A stretch of 32,000 nt of DNA from assembly GCA_003056265.1 (NCBI GenBank), contig NBVN01000005.1, forward strand, positions 1-32,000, given 5' to 3'. Position 1 is the first letter of the stretch; each line of letters begins with the position of its first letter. Below the pieces are notes generated by a model. That model saw nothing but the letters and a program-made list of their open reading frames with translations. It was not told the DNA's origin and ran no database searches. This stretch comes from Zestosphaera tikiterensis (GTDB taxonomy: Archaea > Thermoproteota > Thermoprotei_A > Sulfolobales > NBVN01). Made by a program: the position numbers and the translations under genes. Shown piece after piece: positions 8,421-17,700 of the stretch.

Positions 8421-9383
8421 ATGCAAAGCAATAAATATATAGCGCTACTTGAGACTCTACTGAACGATCCTTCAATGCTTGAATTCCTAAGATATAATAA
8501 AGTGATCACTACTATAGGGTTTCTCGCACTACATAGCGATCAAGCTATTCAAGGAATTTTCAAGTTCAAATTACAACGATACAATATCTACTTGGAGGAG
8601 ACAAAGAGATTAGCTGAAAAACTAGAGTACAACGGTATAGAATACACCATAATGAAGACTTTTTCAGCAATCCCTAAGGATATATCCGATATAGACCTAC
8701 TAGTGAGCCCGGAGCATGCTATGGATACTAGGAGAATTCTTCTCAAGCTAGGATTCTATCCAAGAAAAACCGGTCTCGAACAAGACCTATACAGCAAACT
8801 TGTAGACAACGTGACCGTGGATGTAGAGCTTCACACATCTATTGCTGCAGCAGGTTATGAATACTATGATTCACGCAGAGTATTGAGAAGATCCATAGTT
8901 TTCAATGGAATTAGGGTGTCTGAGCCCATAGACTCAGTCTTGATACTGGTAGCACATGATGTCATGAAAGATCTCTATATTCCCCTGGCTCACATACTTG
9001 AGTTTTATTCGCTCCTCAATAATGCCGAATGTGATGAGTTGATTAAGCAGGCATCCCTATACGGTCTTTCACTACCACTGTCTTTCTTTACAATTTTAAC
9101 GGAGTCTATTATAGGTGAGAAACTACGGTGCAAGATGACGAGTCACATATTAAAGCTGTTACTACCAGACCTCGCTAAGGCTCTCAAGATGGATCCCGTG
9201 ATAAAGGTTCCATTATTATTAACACTAACCTCGTATATGGAGAACCTTCAATCCAAAGTAAGGCTTGAAGGCTTTTCCACAACATTGAAACAGCTTATTT
9301 CGCTACCAAGCGGTAAAGGTATTAATGCTCTTATTCACAACGTATTACCGGCCAAACCTGAAGTGAAAGAAATATGGGAGTGA
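8421..9383 (+). CDS. Nucleotidyltransferase-family protein (NTP_transf_5 / uncharacterised nucleotidyltransferase-like)
   Basis: Motif ISDIDLLVSPEHAMDTRRILLKLGF (GS/DxD-type nucleotidyltransferase core). The track ORF starts at 8334 inside the previous gene, so I prefer the in-frame ATG at 8421 (MQSNKY...). Confidence 0.55.
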   Translation: MQSNKYIALLETLLNDPSMLEFLRYNKVITTIGFLALHSDQAIQGIFKFKLQRYNIYLEETKRLAEKLEYNGIEYTIMKTFSAIPKDISDIDLLVSPEHAMDTRRILLKLGFYPRKTGLEQDLYSKLVDNVTVDVELHTSIAAAGYEYYDSRRVLRRSIVFNGIRVSEPIDSVLILVAHDVMKDLYIPLAHILEFYSLLNNAECDELIKQASLYGLSLPLSFFTILTESIIGEKLRCKMTSHILKLLLPDLAKALKMDPVIKVPLLLTLTSYMENLQSKVRLEGFSTTLKQLISLPSGKGINALIHNVLPAKPEVKEIWE

Positions 9384-10117
9384 CCTTAGTAACTTTCCAA
9401 GGCTCCGTCGGGTCAGGGAAAACAACTACAGCCCGTGCCCTAACTGCAATCCTGCGGTCAAGAAGTATTATATCATACTATGTAGACATAGCGGTGTTCC
9501 ATGGATTTGCCTATTTTGTCATCGCAACAATCTCTCACATAGTCCAAAAGCTCGGGGGGTACAGATACGTGGGAAACCACTATCTTACATTATGGTTTAA
9601 CAATAAGAGTCTGCTACGCAAAGTTTATCGTATATCTCTACTTTTAGACATCCCTTCCCTCATCATAGCTGTCATGATACGGGTATACTTAAAAATACTT
9701 CTATGTACTCTCCTGAGAAGATGCTGTACTATTCTCGTAGATGAAGGCCCTCTCACGGCGATGGCTATACACTACTACTTTAGTAGACAGTTCAATACCA
9801 TTAGATTATTCAAGCACTACTATAGAATTGCCTACGCGCTTCTATTCGAGTCCACTAAATCACAAAAGAGCTTCTTCATCATGTTGGAGCAACCGCTAAG
9901 GTCTTCTATTAAAGCCTGGATTAGGAGAGAGAAAACTAATCTAGTAGACTTCAACATGATTTCAACGAGACTAGCCTTCGAGAACATACTGCTTAATTAT
10001 TTATCAGAATCCAGTGGAATACTGGTTTTGAGGCTGAAAGTAGCAAGCATAGGGTCTGTAGTTGCTGAGGTCACTCGTAGAATCCTCACAATGAACACCT
10101 GCTGTGCAAACCCATGA
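9374..10117 (+). CDS. P-loop NTPase/kinase-like protein with internal hydrophobic segments
   Basis: Walker A GSVGSGKTT at the N-terminus and Walker-B-like ILVDEG. Hydrophobic stretches FHGFAYFVIATISHIV and LLLDIPSLIIAVMIRVYLKILLCTLL. The start overlaps the upstream stop. Confidence 0.6.
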   Translation: MGVTLVTFQGSVGSGKTTTARALTAILRSRSIISYYVDIAVFHGFAYFVIATISHIVQKLGGYRYVGNHYLTLWFNNKSLLRKVYRISLLLDIPSLIIAVMIRVYLKILLCTLLRRCCTILVDEGPLTAMAIHYYFSRQFNTIRLFKHYYRIAYALLFESTKSQKSFFIMLEQPLRSSIKAWIRREKTNLVDFNMISTRLAFENILLNYLSESSGILVLRLKVASIGSVVAEVTRRILTMNTCCANP

Positions 10118-10737
10118 GGGGCTCGTTGATAGTTCTCGGAGGACCTGATGGATCAGGTAAAACCACGCTAGCCTTACTACTATCAAGGTACCTTAGTATG
10201 AAAGGGCTTAGAGTTAAGATAGTGTGGATAAGAGGAACGCATACCTTATCATACATTTTAATGGTGTTCTTGAGGAGGTTTAAAGCTTTCAATGAAAAGG
10301 GCCTACACTATTATAGTTTCAATGTCCCCCCGAAGCTCAAAGGCTTTTGGCTTATAGTTGAGCTAGTTTCAATTCTTCCTTTAATAGTCCTCTACTACTA
10401 TATATACCGTTTAGTCTACGACGCCATTATAAGTGAGCGAGGGCTCCTCGACTTTGCTGTATGGGTTTTAACAGGAGTGAAACCAAAGCTAACTAAAACA
10501 GTAACAAGGTTATTTCTTAAAGTATCGATAGCATGGATATTACATTATGAAACAATATACATAAGGGCAGATAAAGAGAAGCTTTTTGAAAGAAAACGTA
10601 ATGAAGCAATTCTAATAAATACAATGTATCCAATCTATGAAATATTGGCGAAAGAGTTGGGACTGCCAACGATAGATACAACAGCTATCTCACCTGCTGA
10701 AGCGTTTTACAGTGCTCTTCAAGTATTTCGTATATAG
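10114..10737 (+). CDS. Thymidylate-kinase-like P-loop protein with an internal hydrophobic hairpin
   Basis: GGPDGSGKTT is the Tmk-type Walker A. Hydrophobic FWLIVELVSILPLIVLYYYIY. ATGA overlap with the preceding paralogous P-loop gene. Confidence 0.65.
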   Translation: MRGSLIVLGGPDGSGKTTLALLLSRYLSMKGLRVKIVWIRGTHTLSYILMVFLRRFKAFNEKGLHYYSFNVPPKLKGFWLIVELVSILPLIVLYYYIYRLVYDAIISERGLLDFAVWVLTGVKPKLTKTVTRLFLKVSIAWILHYETIYIRADKEKLFERKRNEAILINTMYPIYEILAKELGLPTIDTTAISPAEAFYSALQVFRI

Positions 10738-10746
10738 AGTAGCGTC

Positions 10747-12063
10747 TTGAAAAAAATCCTTATAATCTCTATGCCATTTAGGATAGGAATAGGAGGTTTC
10801 CTAAGATCTTATTACGTATTACCAAGGCTTACGAAGATCTTAGTAGATAATGACTATGAAGTAAAACTCTATATACCAGCAAATGCCTTGAGGACATATA
10901 TGTTGTATCATCTTCCTTTAGAAGCTAAACATGATAGCAGTATGCGTTTTAATCCCAGAAACCTAGTAGATAAAATCTCGGAGTCCATACTGGACGAGAT
11001 AAGTGAGCTCGAGAAAAAATCTAGGTATACCTTTGTTATCGAGGAAAAGTTTATCGAAAGGAACATTGAATATAATAAAGGGTTCCTTCTTAGAGAGCTT
11101 AGTCAAAAATCTGTAAATAAGCTGTATGATGCAATATTCTCTAAATTAAGACCACTTCTTATACATGCCTATGAAAGAAGATTTGCTGAGGAAGTCAGGC
11201 ATTTCTTTAAAGATCACATCTACGGATATTCTATGCATGAAACACCTGACGCTGTAACAGCATTAGCTACTTTAAGTTCGAAGCATGTTAAAACAGCTAT
11301 ATTACTTCAAATGGATTTAGGGAAGAAGTTCCTTGAAAAAACAGTTAATATAAGGGCATTTAAGGAATTAAACAGGAGAACTAGGCTTACAGGAATACTT
11401 TCCGTCTCTCCTGCCCCAGTAATTGAAACCCCAGAGATATTTAGTCTAACTAAGAAGGTGGGAATTCTAATACCTGGAGTAGCTTTAAGAGAGGATATTC
11501 TACGTGAAGCAACGGCTAAGGAACCTAACTCTGTAATATATTATGGACGCTTATCCGTTGAAAAAGGTATTTTAGACCTTTTAAAGTCGTGGAGTGTAGT
11601 TGAGAAAAATACCGATGCAAAGCTTTATATAGCTGGGAGATTTGATGCTTATAAAACAAGGACTATGTTTAAGAAAATTATTGAAAAACATCGTTTAAAA
11701 AGAGTTACTTACCTAGGCTATCTTGATCGAGAGAGACTAGTTAAGACAGTGTCACGTTTTTCACTACTTGCTTACCCATCCTATAGAGACGCATTCTCTA
11801 TGGTTGTTCTTGAGTCTCTCGCAATGGGATTAAGAGTTATAGCATATGACATACCGGCAATACGCTACATATATCAAGGAAGTAGAAACGTTGAAGTAGT
11901 TCCTACAGGGAACTTCCAATTACTAGCACAAAAAATCATTGAAAACCTCAAGAAAAACTTTGAAATGGATGACATGACAACTAAGATCTTAAGTCTGTAT
12001 TCATCTTGGAAGAGAGTTACCTTAGAAGAATACAATTGTTTAAACAAGTTTATGAACTTCTGA
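10747..12063 (+). CDS. GT4-family glycosyltransferase
   Basis: C-terminal half YGRLSVEKGILDLL...LYIAG...PSYRDAFSMVVLESLAMGLRVIAYDIPA (EX7E-type GT4 signature). Confidence 0.8.
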   Translation: MKKILIISMPFRIGIGGFLRSYYVLPRLTKILVDNDYEVKLYIPANALRTYMLYHLPLEAKHDSSMRFNPRNLVDKISESILDEISELEKKSRYTFVIEEKFIERNIEYNKGFLLRELSQKSVNKLYDAIFSKLRPLLIHAYERRFAEEVRHFFKDHIYGYSMHETPDAVTALATLSSKHVKTAILLQMDLGKKFLEKTVNIRAFKELNRRTRLTGILSVSPAPVIETPEIFSLTKKVGILIPGVALREDILREATAKEPNSVIYYGRLSVEKGILDLLKSWSVVEKNTDAKLYIAGRFDAYKTRTMFKKIIEKHRLKRVTYLGYLDRERLVKTVSRFSLLAYPSYRDAFSMVVLESLAMGLRVIAYDIPAIRYIYQGSRNVEVVPTGNFQLLAQKIIENLKKNFEMDDMTTKILSLYSSWKRVTLEEYNCLNKFMNF

Positions 12064-12139
12064 CATGGCTATTCAGCTTGTAGAGTGATTTGATTAACAT
12101 GCCAACCAGAGTTTACCGAATAAGGGAGACGCGTTCTAC

Positions 12140-13327
12140 ATGAAGATCCTCAATATCAGTGATGAACTTCGAGAAGGTTTAGCTATTACAGCTTCAATGA
12201 ATCTGCGCGGGCATAAGGTCCTTTACGTGCTACCTGGATCACATTATAAGATCCATCGAGTAAGGCTTCAAACAGACACGGGATCCGTTACTGTTAAATA
12301 CATCGAAATTCCTGTAATACGCTATCCTGGCAGTTCTATAATCTCTACGTTTTTGAAGTGCCGAAATGACCTGTTACAGCAACTATTTGCTACGGAAATT
12401 ATTGATTTTGACATTGTCGTGACTTCATCCTCATACACTTCTTTTTATCTATCGCAATGCGTTTCGAGAATACACCAAATACCACTATTAATAAGGATTT
12501 CGGATTTGGGAATAGTAGGCAAATTTAATGAAGCCATTAAGTTGTTTCACTATTATAATGCATTAATCGAGCTGCCACCTGGTATCTTGCGCCTTTTCAA
12601 ATACGTTACTAGCGGAGATATAGTAATAACTCACACTCATGCGATTTCAAAATTCGTAGAACATTATCTCAATAGGAGAAACATACTGATCTACCCTACG
12701 TATGTTAAAATGCTAACTGAGAACAGTGTACAAGAATCAATAGATGAAAACTATGTGGATATGACGGAACACTCTATATTAGGAATAGTTAACGTAAAAC
12801 GTCCAGCTCTCTCCGGAAAACATGATAGAAAAGCTCTCGAGTGTTTGTATACTATCGCAAAATATAATCCTAGTGTTACTGTTACTATCATTGGTACAAG
12901 CTACAAGGAGGCTTGCACAGTATTGGGAAAATACGAGCTCCCGCCAAACCTAAAACTTCTAGGAGCTATTCGTAACGACCTTATTCTAGAGCATCTATAT
13001 AAGAATTCCTCTTTAATCGTAATTCCTTTCTTTTTCCGTAAAACTATTAGCAATAGACTTCTTGAAGCACTCTTTTATGGAAAACCCGCTTTAATCCCGA
13101 GTAGTCTCAAAGAAGATTTCCCTATGCTAAAGCATGAAGAAAATACATATATGTTCGATGAGTGTGATGAAGCCGCAGTCATGGTTAGATACCTACTTAA
13201 GTCATCTGACGTGTTGGATAGATTGGAGAAGGAAGCGAAGTTGCTATGGGAAGAAACATTCTCTAATCGTATCTTTGGTCTAAAAATGAATTCCGTACTA
13301 AGCTCCCTTTTAGGTTATTTGTATTAA
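12140..13327 (+). CDS. GT-B fold (GT4-like) glycosyltransferase
   Basis: C-terminal NRLLEALFYGKPALIPS motif and overall GT4-like layout (TIIGTS...LLGAI...). Divergent. Confidence 0.6.
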   Translation: MKILNISDELREGLAITASMNLRGHKVLYVLPGSHYKIHRVRLQTDTGSVTVKYIEIPVIRYPGSSIISTFLKCRNDLLQQLFATEIIDFDIVVTSSSYTSFYLSQCVSRIHQIPLLIRISDLGIVGKFNEAIKLFHYYNALIELPPGILRLFKYVTSGDIVITHTHAISKFVEHYLNRRNILIYPTYVKMLTENSVQESIDENYVDMTEHSILGIVNVKRPALSGKHDRKALECLYTIAKYNPSVTVTIIGTSYKEACTVLGKYELPPNLKLLGAIRNDLILEHLYKNSSLIVIPFFFRKTISNRLLEALFYGKPALIPSSLKEDFPMLKHEENTYMFDECDEAAVMVRYLLKSSDVLDRLEKEAKLLWEETFSNRIFGLKMNSVLSSLLGYLY

Positions 13328-13367
13328 AGTATTTATATTCAAATAAGATGAATGGCGTAGCAGTACA

Positions 13368-14570
13368 ATGTCCATTGACATACTAATAGTGAGTACCTAT
13401 TCCAGTAAAACAAGTGCTGCATTTAGACGTATAACCTTTTTCAAAAGTTTTTTGTGCAAAAAAAGCTTTAGCGTCGAATGTTTAATGCTTCCGTTGCTAT
13501 CTATAAGGGGCGTCAAAAAACCGAGCAACCTTTGCATATCATCATCGGTACCTATTATAGCTACAAAATCCATTCTACTTAGTTCTATTCTTAACATGTT
13601 TTTAAGTTTTTCTATTGTTCCATACTTTTTAATACTAAAACCTAGGGTTGTAGTGTTAAGTGTGCCGATGTATTATCCGTTAATTCCCGTATACTTAGCT
13701 TCGAAGCTTTGTAAAGCAAAGATAATTGTTGATATGAGAGATCCCTGGGAAGAGGTTTGCGTTCATAGTTCAGCCATATGTAATAAATATGATCGTATTG
13801 CTGTAAAGCACGTTGTTAGAAAAATAAATTATGCTATATATAGGCGAGCCAACGTCATGATAGCAGTTACCAAAGCTCTTGGAGCGATACTGGAAAAAAT
13901 ATTTAATAGAAAAGTTTTTATCGTAGCTAATGGGGCTGATCTGGAAACCTTTAAGCCCATTGACAAGGAAGAAGCTAGAAGGTACTTCCAACTGAAAGAA
14001 AACGATTTCATAATTGTGTACATGGGGACAGTAGGAACTTACTATAGACTGACAGAAGTGTTAAATGTGCTTAAAAACCTAAAAAGAAAACTCGCTCAAA
14101 AAATTACAGTAAAGCTCTTAGTAGCGGGTACTATAGTTGATAGTCTTCATAAAAGCTTTTTTAAAGCAATAAGCGATCCAGATATCATATACTTGGGCGA
14201 GCTCCATCTTGATAAACTCAAAATAATACTTTCAGCTAGTGATGCTGGGCTAATACCCCGTATAGAAGACCCCATCTTTGACTATGCTATACCTGCAAAG
14301 TTCTACGAGTATATAGCGATGGGACTACCAGTATTAGCATTATGTAGAAAAGAAAGCGAGCTGGCTAGACTCATTATAAAAAACGGTCTTGGTCTCGTAT
14401 GTGAAGCACCTGACGTACAATGCATCGAAGAAGCACTTACAACTTTAGCCATAAACCATAATATTTATGTAAAGCTCAAAGAGAATGCTATTAGATATAG
14501 AAAGTATGTTGATCGTAAAATAGGCGGCGAGATCTTATCAGCTATAGTAAGACGTTTAATGCAACAGTAG
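13368..14570 (+). CDS. GT4-family glycosyltransferase (WcaI-like)
   Basis: IIVYMGTVGTYY, LLVAG and AIPAKFYEYIAMGLPVLA motifs typical of the GT4 C-terminal domain. Confidence 0.78.
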   Translation: MSIDILIVSTYSSKTSAAFRRITFFKSFLCKKSFSVECLMLPLLSIRGVKKPSNLCISSSVPIIATKSILLSSILNMFLSFSIVPYFLILKPRVVVLSVPMYYPLIPVYLASKLCKAKIIVDMRDPWEEVCVHSSAICNKYDRIAVKHVVRKINYAIYRRANVMIAVTKALGAILEKIFNRKVFIVANGADLETFKPIDKEEARRYFQLKENDFIIVYMGTVGTYYRLTEVLNVLKNLKRKLAQKITVKLLVAGTIVDSLHKSFFKAISDPDIIYLGELHLDKLKIILSASDAGLIPRIEDPIFDYAIPAKFYEYIAMGLPVLALCRKESELARLIIKNGLGLVCEAPDVQCIEEALTTLAINHNIYVKLKENAIRYRKYVDRKIGGEILSAIVRRLMQQ

Positions 14571-14580
14571 AGGGAGTAGT

Positions 14581-16395
14581 ATGGTTAACCATCAAGACAA
14601 GAATAAATTGTTAGTGTTGATATTTCTAGAATTCACATTAGCTTTCTTCATGCTAGATCTGAATTTTAGAGCTAGCTCTCTGGTAGATAATTGGCCCTTG
14701 GAAGGCGTCTTGATTGAAACAATTATCGTATTAATGGCTATATCTATTGCCGCATGGTTAATCTTTAGGAAAGTGACGCCATCGCTTATATTCGCAAGTA
14801 TTATTACATTATCTCTATATATAGCTATGCCTGTAGTTAAATATTCAAACGGCAAGGGAATATATGGTATTGGCGATCCGGCAGCACATTATTCTTTTGG
14901 GATGTGGATAATAGAGTGGGGGCATGTCGCGACAAACAATGAACTGTACTATTCGAGTCAATATGGTACTCATCCAGGTAATGGAATAATACCGGCAGTG
15001 GTACACATAACGGCAGGGCTAGATTTACCATTGACTACTTCGATGTACTTAATGATGACAGCTGGATATATTTTGTATTTAATATTCCTCTTATGTCTAG
15101 TGAAACGCCTTAGCTCTGCACATATCAATAGTTATAGCAAATATCTGCTGCTACTCTCTATAATGTTTTTCAATACATATTTCCCTCCATATTATGGAGG
15201 AGTAGAGCTTAGTTATGGTTTTGTTGGTCTTCTTCTTTATACTGTAGTTCTATCATTGCTTAAGACCAAAGATTATTTTCCAAGCAAAACACTTACGATC
15301 TTTCTTCTGGGTTACATTGGTCTGTTACTAACTCACTACTCTACAACGGTAATTATTACTTTCTACTTAGTTCTAACATTTCTAACATCTATAATCCTAG
15401 ACATATTCTTGCACATGCGATCAAAGATGTCTGTCTCGATCGCTTTGCTTCCAGCCGTCGTATTCCTTTGTTATGAATTAATTGTGGATATCCTTTTAAT
15501 ATCCTCTACACTACATTTCGGCCTCCAAAGGTTGGTGTCTCTATATATATCGGAACTAGAGATGGCTGAAAAAGCTATGGAAAAGTATCCTGCACTAACT
15601 TTTCTGGATCTCGTCAAATATTTGTTGAGCAAAAACGTTAAACCTTTGGTTATCCTGAGTAGTATTTCAATGTACATGGTCTTGCTACCAATGTTTACTA
15701 GACTTAGATTACGTAGAAACAATCATTTTAAGTTTTTAGCCTTACTTTTTCTTTCTTCACTTCCAACATGGATATTAGGATGGGCTGGAACTGGGGAATT
15801 TATGAGTGGGGCAAGAGCTATAATGCTTATCCAGTTCGTATACGTGTTGAACATTTTGAGCATTACCTATGATATACTAGAGTCAAAAAGATATGGAAAA
15901 GTGGGATCCTCGTTGATGAGCGTTATAGCATTTACCCTCATCATTTCAGGGTTTATTTTTAATTACGGTCTTCCCTTAGGCCCCTTACTTCAGAGTAAAG
16001 AAGGAGATCTCTTCATGTATCCAGTATCGAGTCAGGGAGCTGTAACTCCATGGGTTCTACATTCTATAGAGTATACCAATAAATTCTTAAAGTATGAAGA
16101 TCCCGATTTCCTATGTTTGGTGCCATATATAGGATACGGTCTTTGTGATTTATTATGGGAATCACCTAAAATACCGAAACACGGTTTTATTTCACCACCT
16201 TCTATAGCTTCTGAGGATGTTATAAAGCTAATAGATGGTTATACTAATGTTGTAGTCCCAATACCATCAAGCGATAAAGTACTTCCAGGGCCTATAGGTT
16301 ACAAAAGCTACTACTTGATACCTTACAACTACTGTTTAAATCGATGTAAGGGTAAAATTTATACTAATGGACTCTACAACCTCTTTACGAGGTAG
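14581..16395 (+). CDS. Large polytopic membrane protein with a C-terminal soluble domain (candidate glycan polymerase or GT-C enzyme; family not assignable)
   Basis: 604 aa with many TM segments across roughly the first 470 residues, then a hydrophilic Tyr/Pro-rich tail. Embedded among the glycosyltransferases. I saw no WWDxG-type OST motif. Confidence 0.7.
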   Translation: MVNHQDKNKLLVLIFLEFTLAFFMLDLNFRASSLVDNWPLEGVLIETIIVLMAISIAAWLIFRKVTPSLIFASIITLSLYIAMPVVKYSNGKGIYGIGDPAAHYSFGMWIIEWGHVATNNELYYSSQYGTHPGNGIIPAVVHITAGLDLPLTTSMYLMMTAGYILYLIFLLCLVKRLSSAHINSYSKYLLLLSIMFFNTYFPPYYGGVELSYGFVGLLLYTVVLSLLKTKDYFPSKTLTIFLLGYIGLLLTHYSTTVIITFYLVLTFLTSIILDIFLHMRSKMSVSIALLPAVVFLCYELIVDILLISSTLHFGLQRLVSLYISELEMAEKAMEKYPALTFLDLVKYLLSKNVKPLVILSSISMYMVLLPMFTRLRLRRNNHFKFLALLFLSSLPTWILGWAGTGEFMSGARAIMLIQFVYVLNILSITYDILESKRYGKVGSSLMSVIAFTLIISGFIFNYGLPLGPLLQSKEGDLFMYPVSSQGAVTPWVLHSIEYTNKFLKYEDPDFLCLVPYIGYGLCDLLWESPKIPKHGFISPPSIASEDVIKLIDGYTNVVVPIPSSDKVLPGPIGYKSYYLIPYNYCLNRCKGKIYTNGLYNLFTR

Positions 16396-17609
16396 TGACA
16401 GTGCAAATCAGAAACTTCTATGCTTTCCTCCTCGACTTCCCCGTTTCACATTACATTAGTGGATGGAGGAATATCAGTAGAACTCATCATTTGCTAGTGT
16501 TTATAGCAACCGATGAAGGTATCATAGGGTTAGGTGAAGGCACTCCATATGCTACTTCACATCTCTCCGACTATATTTATGCGTTAAGATTATTAGGAAA
16601 ACTCAAGGGATGCAATATAGAGGATGCCTTAAGCACGCTTAGAATGACGGAAAACAAGCTATTCGAAAAAAGGTCTACAGTCAACTTTGGAGCGTTCTTG
16701 GCAATCGAATCAGCTCTTCTGGATGCCTTAGCTAAGGCTAGGAAAAGCCCTGTTGCAGAGGTCTTGGGTGGTGCGTATAGAACGACCCTTCCTGTTGCTG
16801 GCACTGTGTTTCTCGGTCATCCGCTGAGGATGGTTAAAAGGATTAGGTGGTGGCTTGAAAGAGGTGTGAAGCATGTGAAGTTGAAGATTCCATGCAACAT
16901 CAATAAGCTGGAACTTTACCTAGATACTGTAATGCGTATAACGCGACTGAGGAATGAAGGTGTAACTCTGAGGGTTGATGCAAACGAATGCTTCAAAGAG
17001 CTGGATAAGGCGTACAAGGCGCTTCAAATAATGAGTAGATACGGTGTTGACATCGTTGAGCAGCCGATGCCTAGGGATAGATTGAGGGAGATCGCCAGGC
17101 TCAGGAAAGCTTTTTCACCGACGATCAAGATTATGCTGGATGAAAGCCTTATGAGACCACAAGACTTAGAGACCTTTGCAACCATGGAGGCAGCAGATAT
17201 CGTGAACTTCCACCCATCAAAACTCGGATGCCCAAGCATAACGCGCGAGGCTATATTGAAGGCTAAGAAACTAGGCTTCGAGGTAAATATAGGGTCATCC
17301 TTAATGACCGAGGTAGGGCTAGCACACTACTTAAACTTAGCGGCATCGCTACCCGAGCTAGATTATCCATTAGAGGAAGTAGGTATAAAAGAATTCTATC
17401 CTTCATATAGTGTGCTTAAACCCCAGAAAAGTGTATTGCTTACTATTACTAATGGAAATATGAAGCTCCCTTCGGACTTAGGTACCGATATAAATTTTGA
17501 AGACTTAAGACTAGATACGCTTAAAGCCTTCTTTGAAAGAGTCGAACCATCATACATACTGCGTGATAAAGTTAAAATGCTACTTAGCAACATAATTAGA
17601 AATCTTTAA
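16395..17609 (+). CDS. Enolase-superfamily enzyme, MLE subgroup (dipeptide epimerase / N-acylamino-acid racemase / OSBS-like)
   Basis: Ordered catalytic and metal motifs: KHVKLKI (KxK), LRVDANE (Asp), DIVEQP (Glu), MLDES (Asp/Glu), FHPSKLG (second Lys). GTG start overlaps the upstream stop by 1 nt. Confidence 0.82.
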   Translation: MTVQIRNFYAFLLDFPVSHYISGWRNISRTHHLLVFIATDEGIIGLGEGTPYATSHLSDYIYALRLLGKLKGCNIEDALSTLRMTENKLFEKRSTVNFGAFLAIESALLDALAKARKSPVAEVLGGAYRTTLPVAGTVFLGHPLRMVKRIRWWLERGVKHVKLKIPCNINKLELYLDTVMRITRLRNEGVTLRVDANECFKELDKAYKALQIMSRYGVDIVEQPMPRDRLREIARLRKAFSPTIKIMLDESLMRPQDLETFATMEAADIVNFHPSKLGCPSITREAILKAKKLGFEVNIGSSLMTEVGLAHYLNLAASLPELDYPLEEVGIKEFYPSYSVLKPQKSVLLTITNGNMKLPSDLGTDINFEDLRLDTLKAFFERVEPSYILRDKVKMLLSNIIRNL

Positions 17610-17700
17610 ATTCATTCGACCATAACTATCTGTAAGGTGTATGCAACAAGATAATATGTTGCATTAGCCAATTGAGTTAAACGGAGGTCTAAGGAATACC

